Shown: positions 19,199-29,170 of the stretch, one piece after another
Position numbering within the stretch: position 1 is the first letter of the stretch
How the letters are laid out: the number at the start of each line of letters is the position of its first letter
Source of the DNA: a virus
Taxonomy: Duplodnaviria; Caudoviricetes
Length of the DNA stretch: 54,061 nt
Virus record (IMG/VR): IMGVR_UViG_3300041809_003422
Location: 1-54,061 of that record
Strand: one strand, 5' to 3'
Made by a program: the position numbers and the translations under genes
Notes under the pieces: generated by a model
What the model was told of the DNA's origin: nothing
The model's input: the letters and a program-made list of their open reading frames with translations, nothing else
Databases searched by the model: none

Positions 19199-19492
19199 GT
19201 GAAGAATTTTCTGTTCTTTTCTCGCGAAGAGTTGGTCGAAGCTCTCAAGGCGCTCGAACGTGCCGAGCTGACTGGCGCGACGTCGTTTTCGTATCAGGGC
19301 GGCATGGCCGTTGCGATGAATTCGCCGTCGCAGATCGCAAACCTCAAGCGCAAGATTCTCAAGCGACTCGAAGAAATCGACGGCAAGAGCTACGGCTCCG
19401 GCCAGAGCATCCGCACCGTCGACCCCATCATCGATAGCGGCTACGGCGTGCAATACAGCCGTCGCGTGCCGCTCGGATTCAGGTTCCGCTGA
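19199..19492 (+). CDS. Head-tail joining protein (gpW-like)
   Basis: Position between terminase and portal; ALERAELTGATSFSY. Confidence 0.75.
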   Translation: MKNFLFFSREELVEALKALERAELTGATSFSYQGGMAVAMNSPSQIANLKRKILKRLEEIDGKSYGSGQSIRTVDPIIDSGYGVQYSRRVPLGFRFR

Positions 19493-21243
19493 TGAGCCGT
19501 CGTCAAAGCCGCGCCGCCCGCCGGATTCGCGCCATCGCCGAGAAGACCGGGATCGCCGAATCGACGCTGGTCGCCAACAACGTCGTAGCCAAGAAATCGC
19601 CGTCTAATCGGACGGTGTCGAGCGACGCCGTGCGCTCGCAGCTTTTCGGATTCGGCATTTCGACGCAGTTCAAGGCGGCGAGCGGAAATCCGCATATCCC
19701 GATCGTGCCGCAGGCGACGCCGACCGGCCTGGTCTACGCCAATCCGAAGCTGCGCTCTCTGTCGCGCTACCTGGTCGACAACAACACTTGGACGTCGGCG
19801 CTGGTCGACCGGCTCGGCGAGCGCGTCGTCGGCACGGGCCCGGTGCCGAAACATGAGGACCGGCGCCTCAACGATCTGTGGAACAAGTTCTGCGACCGCT
19901 TCGACGACCGCGAGATTTATCCGTTCGGCGATTGGCTGCGGAACGATATCTACCGCACCTACAACGTCGACGGGGAGTCGTTTGCCCGCGCCAAGTTCCT
20001 GTCGGTGATCGGCTTCGACCCGGTGCGGTCGGCGCCGGTGTTCCAGGACGGCGAGGAGTTCCCTTTGAAATTCCAGTCCATGACGGCGGAATTCGTGCCG
20101 GAATGGTATGCGCTGATCGGCCTCGACTACAACGGCCAGCCGGCGCGCAGCGTCACTGGCATCATTTACAGCAACGTGCGGCCAGGCAAGCGCCTGGCTT
20201 ACTGGTGCTATGACCAATTTCCGTACGACGAGCACTCGATCATCCCGCAGAATTTCATGGCGGAACAGGTCGACGCGTCGCTCATCACTCACTATTTCGA
20301 CCCGCCGATGGTCGGCTCGCCGCGCGGTCGCATCAAGCTCGGCACGATCCTGATCCGGGCGCTGAATCTTGACGACTACGAAGACGCCGAGCAGAAGCGC
20401 AAGAAGCTGAATCTCGCGCTGTCGGCCTTCATTAAGGAGACCACGGACACCAGCGGAGAAGGTCGTCTGCCTGGCGAAGAGGACTACGACGTCAACGAGC
20501 TGATTTCGCAGGTTAGCCTGGCGCCGTGCGGCGTCACCAAGCTGCCGGCCGGCATGGATATAGAAATCCACGATCCCAAGCCGACGCCGTCGACCGACGA
20601 TTGGTACACCAAATTCCAGATCATGGCCTTCGCGGCGTGCTTTGGGATCCCGGTCTATGAGGTGACCCAGGACTACACCTCCGTCCAGTCGGACCGCACC
20701 GCCAAGTTCGCCACGGTCAATTTCAAAGCCAAAATTGATATGGAGCGCAACTCGCTTGAGAGGCGCGTTCTCGACTTCCTGTGGAAGCACTTCGTCACCA
20801 CCGTCTACATGCTTGGCCTGTGGCGGCCGGCGGACGGTCGCGAGGTCAGCGACTATTTCCGCTCGTCATGGACCTGGCCGCAGATTCAGACGGCGACGCT
20901 CAAGTCGGACGTCGACGCCTATGTCGACATGATCAACAACAACATCGTCGACCGCGACACGGCGTCTCGCGCCCTGGTGTCCATGGAAGGCGAGGATGTG
21001 TCGCGCCGCGTCGCCCGCGTCGAGGCGCGCGACCGCGTGCTCGGCCTAAAGACCGATCCGGTCAAGCCGGTGCCGAACGGCGACGGCACGCCAGGCACGC
21101 CCGATCCGCTTCCGGACTGGAACGCGGAGTCCTCCGATGTCACGCGCGGCATCATGGCCGACGCGGAGGCCCGCGAGGCGGCCGCTTATGCCGCAGATTC
21201 CGAGGGCTCAGCCGAGCCAAAGGAAGCCATCGTCGAAGCTTGA
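19492..21243 (+). CDS. Portal protein, lambda family
   Basis: LRSLSRYLVDNN, VVGTG, VDGESF, FGIPVYEVTQDY. Confidence 0.92.
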   Translation: MSRRQSRAARRIRAIAEKTGIAESTLVANNVVAKKSPSNRTVSSDAVRSQLFGFGISTQFKAASGNPHIPIVPQATPTGLVYANPKLRSLSRYLVDNNTWTSALVDRLGERVVGTGPVPKHEDRRLNDLWNKFCDRFDDREIYPFGDWLRNDIYRTYNVDGESFARAKFLSVIGFDPVRSAPVFQDGEEFPLKFQSMTAEFVPEWYALIGLDYNGQPARSVTGIIYSNVRPGKRLAYWCYDQFPYDEHSIIPQNFMAEQVDASLITHYFDPPMVGSPRGRIKLGTILIRALNLDDYEDAEQKRKKLNLALSAFIKETTDTSGEGRLPGEEDYDVNELISQVSLAPCGVTKLPAGMDIEIHDPKPTPSTDDWYTKFQIMAFAACFGIPVYEVTQDYTSVQSDRTAKFATVNFKAKIDMERNSLERRVLDFLWKHFVTTVYMLGLWRPADGREVSDYFRSSWTWPQIQTATLKSDVDAYVDMINNNIVDRDTASRALVSMEGEDVSRRVARVEARDRVLGLKTDPVKPVPNGDGTPGTPDPLPDWNAESSDVTRGIMADAEAREAAAYAADSEGSAEPKEAIVEA

Positions 21244-21247
21244 GCAT

Positions 21248-21281
21248 GCGTGGCATGCTCTGTCGGGTCTCCTGAGCTAGC
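21248..21281 (+). repeat. Intergenic late-region repeat, copy 1
   Basis: GCGTGGCATGCTCTGTCGGG-N4-CTG[A/C]GCTAGC, also at 27717. Confidence 0.9.
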
Positions 21282-21312
21282 CCTACGGCTGTAAAGTCAA
21301 AGGGCTGTCTCT

Positions 21313-22425
21313 GTGGCTCAATCGAGCGACGGCAAATTTGTCAAAGAGTTTCGCCAGGGCGTGATCCCGGCGGGCTCCTATGATCCGTCGACCCGGCGAT
21401 TTTCGTTCGTCGGCGCGACGGAGCGTCCGTGCCCGGCGGAGCGCAAAGACAAGGACGGCAACAAGTTCCTTGTTCGCGAGATTCTCTCGTCGACCGGCTG
21501 CGTCAATCTGGCCGACGTCGGGAAGATCAAGATTCTCAACGCCCATCGTCGCGACGACATTCACTCAGTTCTAGGGTCGACGATCAAGCTGGAATCGCAG
21601 GACGGCCAGATCGTCGGCGCCGCGGAGTTCTCCGAGCGCTCCGATGTGCTGGAGATCGCCAAGGACGTCGGCGCCGGACACATCTCGTCGCTGAGCGTTG
21701 GCTACACGCCGAAACGCGAGATTCTGATTGATGCGGTCGACGGCGGACTTCCGATTTCGTTCGTGACGGAATGGGAAGCCAACGAGTTTTCCTTCGTCCC
21801 GGTGCCCGCCGACATATCCGCCCAGGTCAGGGCAATCAAGGAGTCCGACGACATGAATCCCGAAGCTCTCTCCAAGCTGATCGCCGACGCCGTCGCCAAG
21901 AGCGTCGCCGCTGCGATTCCGAGCATTGTCGACGGTCTGCGCGGCAAGCGCGACGACGATCCGACTCCCGCCGCCAAGAAAGACGACGACGCTGACGACA
22001 AGAAATACGTCAACGCCGACGGTTCGCGCGGCAAGCGCGCCGGCAAGCGCTACAAGAAGCGCTCCGACGATTCCGACGAATACGTCGAGGACACCGATTC
22101 CGCCGCTCCGGCGGCAGACGACGAGCGCTCGATCAAGGATGCGATCGCGACGCGCAGCGCCGCCGAACAGACCGAGATCACCGAACTCGCCAAGGTCGTC
22201 GACCTCAAGCGCGTGCCGAACTTCTCGATCCTGGTTCGCCAGGGCGCGCCGCTCTCCGCGATCCGCAACGCCGCATGGGCGGCCTGGGCTGCTCCGACTG
22301 CGGTGCGCCAGGAGCTTCGGCCGCCGGCCGAGGTCACCAACAAGCCGTCGCAGAAGCAGGACGAGGACCGCGTGGTCCCGTTCGCCGAGCGCGGCAAGCC
22401 GATCACTTCGACGCGGTCGGCCTAA
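21313..22425 (+). CDS. Prohead protease (HK97/S78-like) with scaffold-like C-terminus
   Basis: LNAH, SLSVGY, WEANEFSFVPVPAD; internal GGAG-ATG at 21853. Confidence 0.88.
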   Translation: MAQSSDGKFVKEFRQGVIPAGSYDPSTRRFSFVGATERPCPAERKDKDGNKFLVREILSSTGCVNLADVGKIKILNAHRRDDIHSVLGSTIKLESQDGQIVGAAEFSERSDVLEIAKDVGAGHISSLSVGYTPKREILIDAVDGGLPISFVTEWEANEFSFVPVPADISAQVRAIKESDDMNPEALSKLIADAVAKSVAAAIPSIVDGLRGKRDDDPTPAAKKDDDADDKKYVNADGSRGKRAGKRYKKRSDDSDEYVEDTDSAAPAADDERSIKDAIATRSAAEQTEITELAKVVDLKRVPNFSILVRQGAPLSAIRNAAWAAWAAPTAVRQELRPPAEVTNKPSQKQDEDRVVPFAERGKPITSTRSA

Positions 22426-22461
22426 CGGCCGGCCCGATCGCTCTCAAGCTGGAGTGTCCCG

Positions 22462-22869
22462 ATGACTTCCGTTCTCCATGAAGGTCGCCGCAACGTCGAG
22501 TGGATTCTGTCGGCGTACGACCTCGTCTATTCTACCGACGAAATGCAGGTCGACGCAGTCGCCACGCATCAGTCTGGCACGCTGCTCGGCGTCACCACCG
22601 CGACCGGCGTCGCCGTGCCGTGGAATCCGGCGCTTGCCGGCGATGCGCAGGACGGCTCGCAGGTCCTCGCCGGCATCCTCTATCGCCAGATCGACGGCGA
22701 TTCGACGCTGGCGGCCGGCTCTTCGGTCAAGGCCGCCGTCGTGACGCGCGGCCCGGTCGAGGCCTCGTCTTCGAACGGCCGGATTCCTTATCCCGCCGGC
22801 TACACCTTCGCGCAGGTCAAGGCGGCGCTCGCCGCGTTGGGCGGCGGGGGCATCGTTCTGCGCGACTGA
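22462..22869 (+). CDS. Head decoration protein (gpD-like)
   Basis: SGTLLG...DGSQVLAGILY...ALAALG.IVLR. Confidence 0.85.
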   Translation: MTSVLHEGRRNVEWILSAYDLVYSTDEMQVDAVATHQSGTLLGVTTATGVAVPWNPALAGDAQDGSQVLAGILYRQIDGDSTLAAGSSVKAAVVTRGPVEASSSNGRIPYPAGYTFAQVKAALAALGGGGIVLRD

Positions 22870-22913
22870 TCGCGCAAGGCACAACACGGACGCGCCGAAC
22901 TGAGGAAAGCACC

Positions 22914-24002
22914 ATGAATCTCGTCCTTGACGTCTTCAACAGCAAGCCGTTCGGCGCTGTCTCCCTGACCAACGCCATCATCAAGATGCCGTTCGTCAGC
23001 ACGCAGTTCGGCAACAAGGGTTACGTCGGGCTGCAATGGTCCGAAGACACCTCGCTGACGACCAGCGTCGCCGTCGATATCGAGTCGCATCAGGTCTACC
23101 TGCTCGACTCGGTGGAGCGCGGATCGCCGCTGCCGAACGCCGCGCCGATCGACCGCAGCATGATCTCGGTCGGCATCCCTCGCTTCGGCGAGCGCTTCAA
23201 CGTGCGGCTCGACGAGTTGCTCGGCGTGCGCGACACCGGCGGCGTCAATTTGATGGCGATCGAAACCCTGCGCGATAAGAAGGCGCAGGCGGTCAAGAAT
23301 CGCCTGGTCCACACCGACAACTACCAGAAGGTGAGGGCGTTGGACGGTCTCGTCGTGTCGCCCGTGTCCGGCACGGTGCTGACCAACTTCCACACGCTGT
23401 TCGCCACTGGCGGCCAGACGGTCATTCAGGTCGACATGACCTCCAATCCGAACTTCAATGCGCTGCTTGGCGTGTGGAAGCGCAAGATTGAGGACAAGTT
23501 CGGCGCCTACCAGACCACGATCACTGGCTACATTCTCGCCTGCGGTCGCTGGTTCTATCGCTGCCTGATGCAGCAAGCGCAGGTGATCGCGGCCTGGACC
23601 GACTACAGCGCCAAGACCGCGCAGCTTCGCTTCTTGCAAGCCGACCGTGACATTCCTGGCGGCTTCACGCTGGCGGACAACGTGCGCGTGGTCGACGCCG
23701 GCCAGTCGCGGCTGCCCGACGGCTCGAACGGCTTCATCGATGACTGGACGGCCTACCTGCTGCTCGACGCGCCGGGCTTCCTGCGCACCGTGTACGGCCC
23801 GTCGTCCTGGCTGCGGTTCCTCGGCCAGCCCGGCTCGGTCTACGCGCTTCCGTCGGTCCTGCCGGACGAGAGCGGCATCGCCCTCGACGTCGAGAGCTTC
23901 CCGATCAACTTCGCCGAGCGGCCCGACCTGATCCTCAAGATTCAGATGATCAAGGCGCAGGCCTACGGCCAGGCGGCGGGATACTTCGGCGCCGGCACCT
24001 GA
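22914..24002 (+). CDS. Major capsid protein, gpE family
   Basis: DVFNSKPFGAVSLTNAI, ERGSP, ESFPINFAERPDLI; GAGG RBS. Confidence 0.92.
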   Translation: MNLVLDVFNSKPFGAVSLTNAIIKMPFVSTQFGNKGYVGLQWSEDTSLTTSVAVDIESHQVYLLDSVERGSPLPNAAPIDRSMISVGIPRFGERFNVRLDELLGVRDTGGVNLMAIETLRDKKAQAVKNRLVHTDNYQKVRALDGLVVSPVSGTVLTNFHTLFATGGQTVIQVDMTSNPNFNALLGVWKRKIEDKFGAYQTTITGYILACGRWFYRCLMQQAQVIAAWTDYSAKTAQLRFLQADRDIPGGFTLADNVRVVDAGQSRLPDGSNGFIDDWTAYLLLDAPGFLRTVYGPSSWLRFLGQPGSVYALPSVLPDESGIALDVESFPINFAERPDLILKIQMIKAQAYGQAAGYFGAGT

Positions 24003-24030
24003 TCGACGCCAGAAGCGTGATTGAGATAAC

Positions 24031-24074
24031 GCCGGGGGCGCGGGGCTTTGGCCTCCTGCCTCCGGCTTTTCTTT
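24031..24074 (+). terminator. Terminator after major capsid gene
   Basis: GCCGGGGGC...GCCTCCGGC stem plus TTTTCTTT. Confidence 0.7.
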
Positions 24075-24085
24075 GAGGGACGGTC

Positions 24086-24436
24086 ATGGCGCGCAAGGGA
24101 CGTCTCACCAAGGGCGAGAGCCCGACCTGGTCGGCGATCGTCACGCTGCCGACGGCGCCCTATGCGGTGAGCGTCAAGCTGATCGATCTGCGGAGCGGCG
24201 TCGCGATCTCGTCGGGCGGCGTCGCGATCTCGATCGTCGCCAACAACGTCAACGCCACAGACGCCACCAAGACCGACTACGGACTGTTTCTCGCCATGAC
24301 GGCGGCGGCGACAGCCGCGCTGCCGACGCGCGGCCAGACCGACGTCCTGTCGCTCGAAGGAACGATCTTTCTTTCCTATGGCGCGCCGGCGCAGGTCGTC
24401 GCCACGCGGCGTTTTCAAATCGAGGTGGTCGAGTGA
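24086..24436 (+). CDS. Small beta-rich structural protein (fibre adaptor?)
   Basis: GAGG RBS; GTGA overlap with the fibre gene. Confidence 0.7.
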   Translation: MARKGRLTKGESPTWSAIVTLPTAPYAVSVKLIDLRSGVAISSGGVAISIVANNVNATDATKTDYGLFLAMTAAATAALPTRGQTDVLSLEGTIFLSYGAPAQVVATRRFQIEVVE

Positions 24437-25932
24437 TCGAGATCGCCTTCACGCGCGTCGCGCCGCAGCCGGAGATCGTGTTTGGCGACGTCGCCGCCGA
24501 GCAGATCACGCTGACGCGCGTCGACGCCCAGCCAGGCATCGAGTTCGCGGATGGGAGTGATTCGTTCGTCGTCGAGTTGGCTGAGTATCTGGTCGGGCCT
24601 CCTGGCCGTGACGGCAATCCCGGCGCGCCCGGTACGACGACTTGGGAAGGCATCACCGACAAGCCAGCGATCCCCAGCAAGGTCTCGGAACTCGAAAACG
24701 ATTCAGGATTCCTGACGCCGGCGTCGATTCCTCCCGATATAGCTACGACCGACGACGTCGCCGCCGAGGCGGCCGCGCGCGCCGCCGCCGACGCAGACAC
24801 TTTCGCCAGCGCCAAGACTTACGCCGACGGCAAAGTCTCCGGGCTGGGAACGGCGTCGACCCATGCGGCAGAAGATTTCGATCCTGCCGGCGCCGCCGCG
24901 GCGGCTCGGGCGGCCGCCGAGGTCTACGCCGATGGCAAGGCTGCTGCGATCACGCCAGACAGCCTGTCCGTCTACACGCGCGACGAGGTCGACACCAAGG
25001 ATGGCGTGATCGCCGCCGCGGCGTCGGCGGCGGCCGCGGCCGCCCAGTCCGCCGCCGAGACCTACGCCGACGGCAAGGACGCGACGAATCTCGCGGCGGC
25101 CAAGGCCTATACGGACGCCGCGGCGGGCGCGATCCCGAAGAATGTGACCGACGGCGGCGGCTACACGCGGGCGCTGGTCGACTCCAAGGATGCTGACACG
25201 CTCGGCTATGCCGAGGCCTACACCGACACCAAGATCGCCGCGCTGATCGGCTCCGCGCCGGGGACGCTCGACACGCTGGGCGAGATCGCCGCGGCGATCG
25301 CCGCTGACGAAACCGGCGCGTCGGCCATGGCGGCGCAAATCGCGCTCAAGGCCTCTGAGGCCGATTTGCTGACGCATGAGGCCGATCACAGCAATCCGCA
25401 CGCGGTGACGGCCGACCAGGTCGGGGCTTACACCGAGGCGCAGACCGACGCCAAAGACGCGGCGACGCTCGCGGCGGCCAACGCCCATGCCGACGCCGAG
25501 GTCGGCGCGCTGGTCATCCCGCACGTCGCGGGCGACGTCGGCGCCTACACGCAGGCGCAGACCGACGCCAAAGACGCTGCGGCTCTGGCCTCCGCTGAGG
25601 CCTATGCGGCCGCCCAGGACGCCATCGAGCTTGCCGCCGCCAAGGCCTATGCGGCCGCCCAGGACGCGATCCAGCTTGCCGCTGCGAAGGCCTACGCCGA
25701 TGCCCAGGACGTCATCCAGCTTGCCGCCGCCAAGGCTTTCGCCACGGCCGCTGACGCCGCCGTGCTGACGTCCGCCGAGGCCTACACGTATTCGCAGATT
25801 CAGATCGACGACAAGGTCACCGGCGTTCTGCCGCCGGCGGCGCCGGACGGCGCTGCGCTGACGGCGCACGGCGGCGCGTGGATCGCCAATGCTTTTTTTG
25901 GCCCGATTCAATCGTGGCCGGCGCTGGTTTGA
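24433..25932 (+). CDS. Fibre protein with Ala-rich AKAYAD repeats
   Basis: GPPGRDG, TTTWEGITDKP, SKVSELEND, LIGSAPGTLDTLGEIAAA, HSNPHAVT fibre motifs. Confidence 0.82.
   Translation: MIEIAFTRVAPQPEIVFGDVAAEQITLTRVDAQPGIEFADGSDSFVVELAEYLVGPPGRDGNPGAPGTTTWEGITDKPAIPSKVSELENDSGFLTPASIPPDIATTDDVAAEAAARAAADADTFASAKTYADGKVSGLGTASTHAAEDFDPAGAAAAARAAAEVYADGKAAAITPDSLSVYTRDEVDTKDGVIAAAASAAAAAAQSAAETYADGKDATNLAAAKAYTDAAAGAIPKNVTDGGGYTRALVDSKDADTLGYAEAYTDTKIAALIGSAPGTLDTLGEIAAAIAADETGASAMAAQIALKASEADLLTHEADHSNPHAVTADQVGAYTEAQTDAKDAATLAAANAHADAEVGALVIPHVAGDVGAYTQAQTDAKDAAALASAEAYAAAQDAIELAAAKAYAAAQDAIQLAAAKAYADAQDVIQLAAAKAFATAADAAVLTSAEAYTYSQIQIDDKVTGVLPPAAPDGAALTAHGGAWIANAFFGPIQSWPALV
25597..25740 (+). 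repeat. Approximately three 45-bp tandem repeats (AAAKAYAAAQDAIQL)
   Basis: Visible in DNA and protein; ends approximate. Confidence 0.8.
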
Positions 25933-25944
25933 TGGAGTGATTCG

Positions 25945-27387
25945 ATGGGCAATCCTTTGATCGCCGGCGATCTTGGAGCCGACTGGTTCAGAAAGTTTAA
26001 CCTCAACGACGCGGCGCTGACGGCGGAGATCGCGCGCGCTGAGGCCGAGGAAAACTCGCTGCAAACGCAAATCGCCAATCTGCTGTCGGCCGTCTATCAG
26101 CCGCCGGTCGGCGCCTATTCTGCTCCGACCTCGAACACCCAGTTCACCTACAGCGCCAAGGCGAATCCGTGGACGACGGCGACGTTGCAGGGAAGGGCGC
26201 AGACGGCCAATCTTGCGAACGCCAATCTTGTCAACGGCTGCGCTGGGGCGTGGGGCGCTGGCGCAGCGTTTTCTGCGGTCGCCACTATCAGTGCTGGTAA
26301 CAGCGGAGCGATTCAGTTTTCTCGCTGGACATTCGACGGATCAAACAATCCTTCGCTGGTCTCAACGATCTCTATTGTTTCCGGCCTGTCTTCGTACGCT
26401 GCTTACGCGATGATCTCTGGTATTACGTCAGCAGTAGTTGTTTCAGCGACGCAGGTGAGACTCGTATATAACAGCCCTACTGCATTTGCTGCCGTAATTG
26501 GAACCGTTACGTGGGACCCGATCGGTCTGACTCTGACCTGGACGGCAGCAGGCGCAATGGCAGAGCTTTACGTTGACACCAATGGCGGCGGCGGGTGGAC
26601 GTACAGTGGGGGAAACATCGTCGGACAATTGGTCGGCACTGTCTCGACACTTGCGCTACTCGCGTGTATCGACAACGGAAGCGTAGCCAAGTTTTATCGG
26701 ATGGCGGGACTTGCTGTTTTCGACCGAAATAATACGCTTCTGCGTAACACCGGCGGGATGGTGCAGGTCGGATCAACGCTATTCGCTGGAGACTTCCTCG
26801 GCGGCGGTTATGCGGTCACGGCGGAGGTAGACACTTGTCCGGCTGACACCACCGCTCGCATCACCGTCAGCCTGAATTTCGCCGACGACTACGGTTTCAA
26901 AACGCTGACTTATCTCCGCATCAACGCGAAGACCGTGGCGTCGAATCTGGCGTGCTGGGCGTTCTCGAACACACTGGCGTTTGTCACTTGGACCGATGCG
27001 TCCTCGCAGCGCTGGGCGGCGGCGATCACGATCAACACGGCAGCCGGAACGCTCGGTCTGGTCAACACCTACGACGTCGGCAATTTCAACAATCACGCGT
27101 TCACGCTTTCGCCAGTCCTCTACAACGCGCTCAACGCCTACGTTCCGCGGCGCGACACCGGCAATCAGGCGTCGAAATTCATGCGGGTCAACTACAATCC
27201 CGACGCCGCCGCGGGCTCGGAATTGACTAGCGTGACCGGCAACGACATCGCCTTCAACACGGGACCTGGCAGCACGACGGCGAACACGATTCTGTCGTGC
27301 TGGCAGCAGTCGCCGGACGTCGTTTGCGTGTTCGGATTCTACGCGACTGGCCCAGTTGCCTACCTCGAAACGTGGAACATGGCGTGA
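25945..27387 (+). CDS. Putative receptor-binding/fibre tip protein
   Basis: Coiled-coil N-terminus, Ser/Thr/Gly/Asn-rich beta domain. Confidence 0.7.
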   Translation: MGNPLIAGDLGADWFRKFNLNDAALTAEIARAEAEENSLQTQIANLLSAVYQPPVGAYSAPTSNTQFTYSAKANPWTTATLQGRAQTANLANANLVNGCAGAWGAGAAFSAVATISAGNSGAIQFSRWTFDGSNNPSLVSTISIVSGLSSYAAYAMISGITSAVVVSATQVRLVYNSPTAFAAVIGTVTWDPIGLTLTWTAAGAMAELYVDTNGGGGWTYSGGNIVGQLVGTVSTLALLACIDNGSVAKFYRMAGLAVFDRNNTLLRNTGGMVQVGSTLFAGDFLGGGYAVTAEVDTCPADTTARITVSLNFADDYGFKTLTYLRINAKTVASNLACWAFSNTLAFVTWTDASSQRWAAAITINTAAGTLGLVNTYDVGNFNNHAFTLSPVLYNALNAYVPRRDTGNQASKFMRVNYNPDAAAGSELTSVTGNDIAFNTGPGSTTANTILSCWQQSPDVVCVFGFYATGPVAYLETWNMA

Positions 27388-27397
27388 GGATTGATCA

Positions 27398-27712
27398 ATG
27401 ACCGCCCCCATTGCTCACGCCTTCGCCGCGCTGCTCGCCAATGCGCCGTCCTCGGAAGAGGTCACGATTCAGTATGGCGACGAGGACTCACGCAAGATTC
27501 GCATCAACGATTTTCGTCGCGAGAAGATCGTCGACGACGTTGGCCCGAATGCCTATGCGACAGACCACTTTATGGTCGTGTCGTCAGAGGTGTGGCAGAC
27601 GATCAACCCAAAGTCGATTCTGACCAGCGGCGATGGGGCTCGTTGGGAGATGTACAACGCATGCGACGACGGCGGCGGAAATGTCAGAGTTCTCCTTCGC
27701 AAGGCCCCGTAA
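27398..27712 (+). CDS. Putative head-tail connector/closure protein
   Basis: Size, position, DDGGGNVRVLL C-terminus. Confidence 0.6.
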   Translation: MTAPIAHAFAALLANAPSSEEVTIQYGDEDSRKIRINDFRREKIVDDVGPNAYATDHFMVVSSEVWQTINPKSILTSGDGARWEMYNACDDGGGNVRVLLRKAP

Positions 27713-27716
27713 CGAC

Positions 27717-27750
27717 GCGTGGCATGCTCTGTCGGGGCAACTGCGCTAGC
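27717..27750 (+). repeat. Intergenic late-region repeat, copy 2
   Basis: 20-bp identity with 21248-21267. Confidence 0.9.
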
Positions 27751-27752
27751 GC

Positions 27753-28271
27753 TTGAGCCTCAAGATTGAGGACGTGCGCGCTTTGTCGACTCCGACGTTT
27801 CACGATCGGTTGAACTTGGCCTTGAAAGCCGAGATCGAGCCTGTCGTGCCGCAGGCCAAGACGGTCGCCTACATCCTCGATCACGGCTTGAGGATTGAGG
27901 ACTGTCCAGCCGTCATCATTTCGGTCGGCAATTTCACGCAGGCCGTCGCCGGCGGCGGGAATGTGCCGGGTCAGCGCGTGTTCCTTCGCACCTACGATCT
28001 CTCGATCGCGTGCGTCGACAACACCAAGACCGCGGGGTTCATCGCATCGGTCAATGCGCTTGCCGACGCCATCACGACGGCGCTGGCGAATTTCACCGCC
28101 ATGACCGATCCCGACGTCGAGGACCTGCAACTGTATGGCGGACAATACGAAGACATTCCCTCCGAGGAGGGCGTCCTCGGTTCTTTGATCCTCGATTTCT
28201 CGGTGTCGATCCTCGTCTATGAGCAGGCGCCCAACGTCGAAATCCAGCCGCCGGAAGGCGGGCTTTTCTAG
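27753..28271 (+). CDS. Putative tail terminator (start uncertain)
   Basis: Acidic, immediately before tail tube, DCPAVII. Confidence 0.6.
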   Translation: MSLKIEDVRALSTPTFHDRLNLALKAEIEPVVPQAKTVAYILDHGLRIEDCPAVIISVGNFTQAVAGGGNVPGQRVFLRTYDLSIACVDNTKTAGFIASVNALADAITTALANFTAMTDPDVEDLQLYGGQYEDIPSEEGVLGSLILDFSVSILVYEQAPNVEIQPPEGGLF

Positions 28272-28280
28272 GAGCATCCG

Positions 28281-29114
28281 ATGAGCACGATCTTCCAGGG
28301 CGTCAACCCCAGCAATTTTCGCCTGACTCGCGGCAGCGTCTTCGTTATGCCGCTCGATCCGGTGACGCTGGAGCCGGTCGCCAACTTTTCGTCCCTCGGC
28401 TCGGTGACCTGCGAGTTGGATCAAAAGGTCGAATACGTCGAGCTTCGCGACAACCAGGACGATCGTCGTCCGGTGGTCGACAAGCCCGCCGTCCAGGTCG
28501 ATCTAAGCCTCAAGATCGGCGCCGGCCAGTTCACCCCGGCCCTGATTTCGCTCGCCCACATGTCGACGCCGAATGTCTTCCAGACGCAAACGGCGCAGGC
28601 CGCCGAGACGACGACTTTCAACGGCGTGACGGCCGGCGACGTGGTCTGCCTCAAGACTTCGGACACCAACGATTTCGCCTATGACGTCGTGATCACCGGC
28701 ATCGTCGACAACGCTGTGGCGCCGAATACGTTGGTCAACGGAACGCACTACCGATACGACTCGCTGAGCGGCGTAATCCAGTTTCTCGGCCTGGTCGACC
28801 CGACCAAGAACAACCTCACCGTTTCTTGGAACGCCCCGGTGCTGGCGGCGGCCGACGGCAAGCAGAGCTTCGGCCTGTTCCAGAATTTGGAGCAGAAGGC
28901 GGCGATTCTGATTCGTCAGAACAACCGCATCGGCGCCAACCTCTTCTACACCTTCCCCAAGTGCCAGCTTCTCGCGCCGCCGAGCATGAAGCTGATCGAC
29001 GATTCGAACAACGTCTCGATTGCCGAGATCGAGGCGACAGTGATGTGCGATTCGCGCCAGGCGCCGGGGATGGAATACGGCTGGGGCAACATCCTGCTGC
29101 CCAAGCACGTCTGA
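28281..29114 (+). CDS. Major tail tube protein
   Basis: NFRLTRGSVF, GTHYRYDSLSGVI, position. Confidence 0.8.
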   Translation: MSTIFQGVNPSNFRLTRGSVFVMPLDPVTLEPVANFSSLGSVTCELDQKVEYVELRDNQDDRRPVVDKPAVQVDLSLKIGAGQFTPALISLAHMSTPNVFQTQTAQAAETTTFNGVTAGDVVCLKTSDTNDFAYDVVITGIVDNAVAPNTLVNGTHYRYDSLSGVIQFLGLVDPTKNNLTVSWNAPVLAAADGKQSFGLFQNLEQKAAILIRQNNRIGANLFYTFPKCQLLAPPSMKLIDDSNNVSIAEIEATVMCDSRQAPGMEYGWGNILLPKHV

Positions 29115-29170
29115 AAGGGCGGGGCCTAGCGCCCCGCTGTCACCATCTGCCACAAGCATAGGACGCAACC

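Noticed and set aside
21251-21266. Sigma54 promoter in the TGGCATG repeat
   Set aside because: No GC at the -12 position (GG-N10-CG)
25400-25760. CRISPR-like array
   Set aside because: In-frame coding repeats without unique spacers; no cas genes
29119-29137. Terminator after the tail tube gene
   Set aside because: 7-bp stem present but no U-tract; at most a stabilising hairpin
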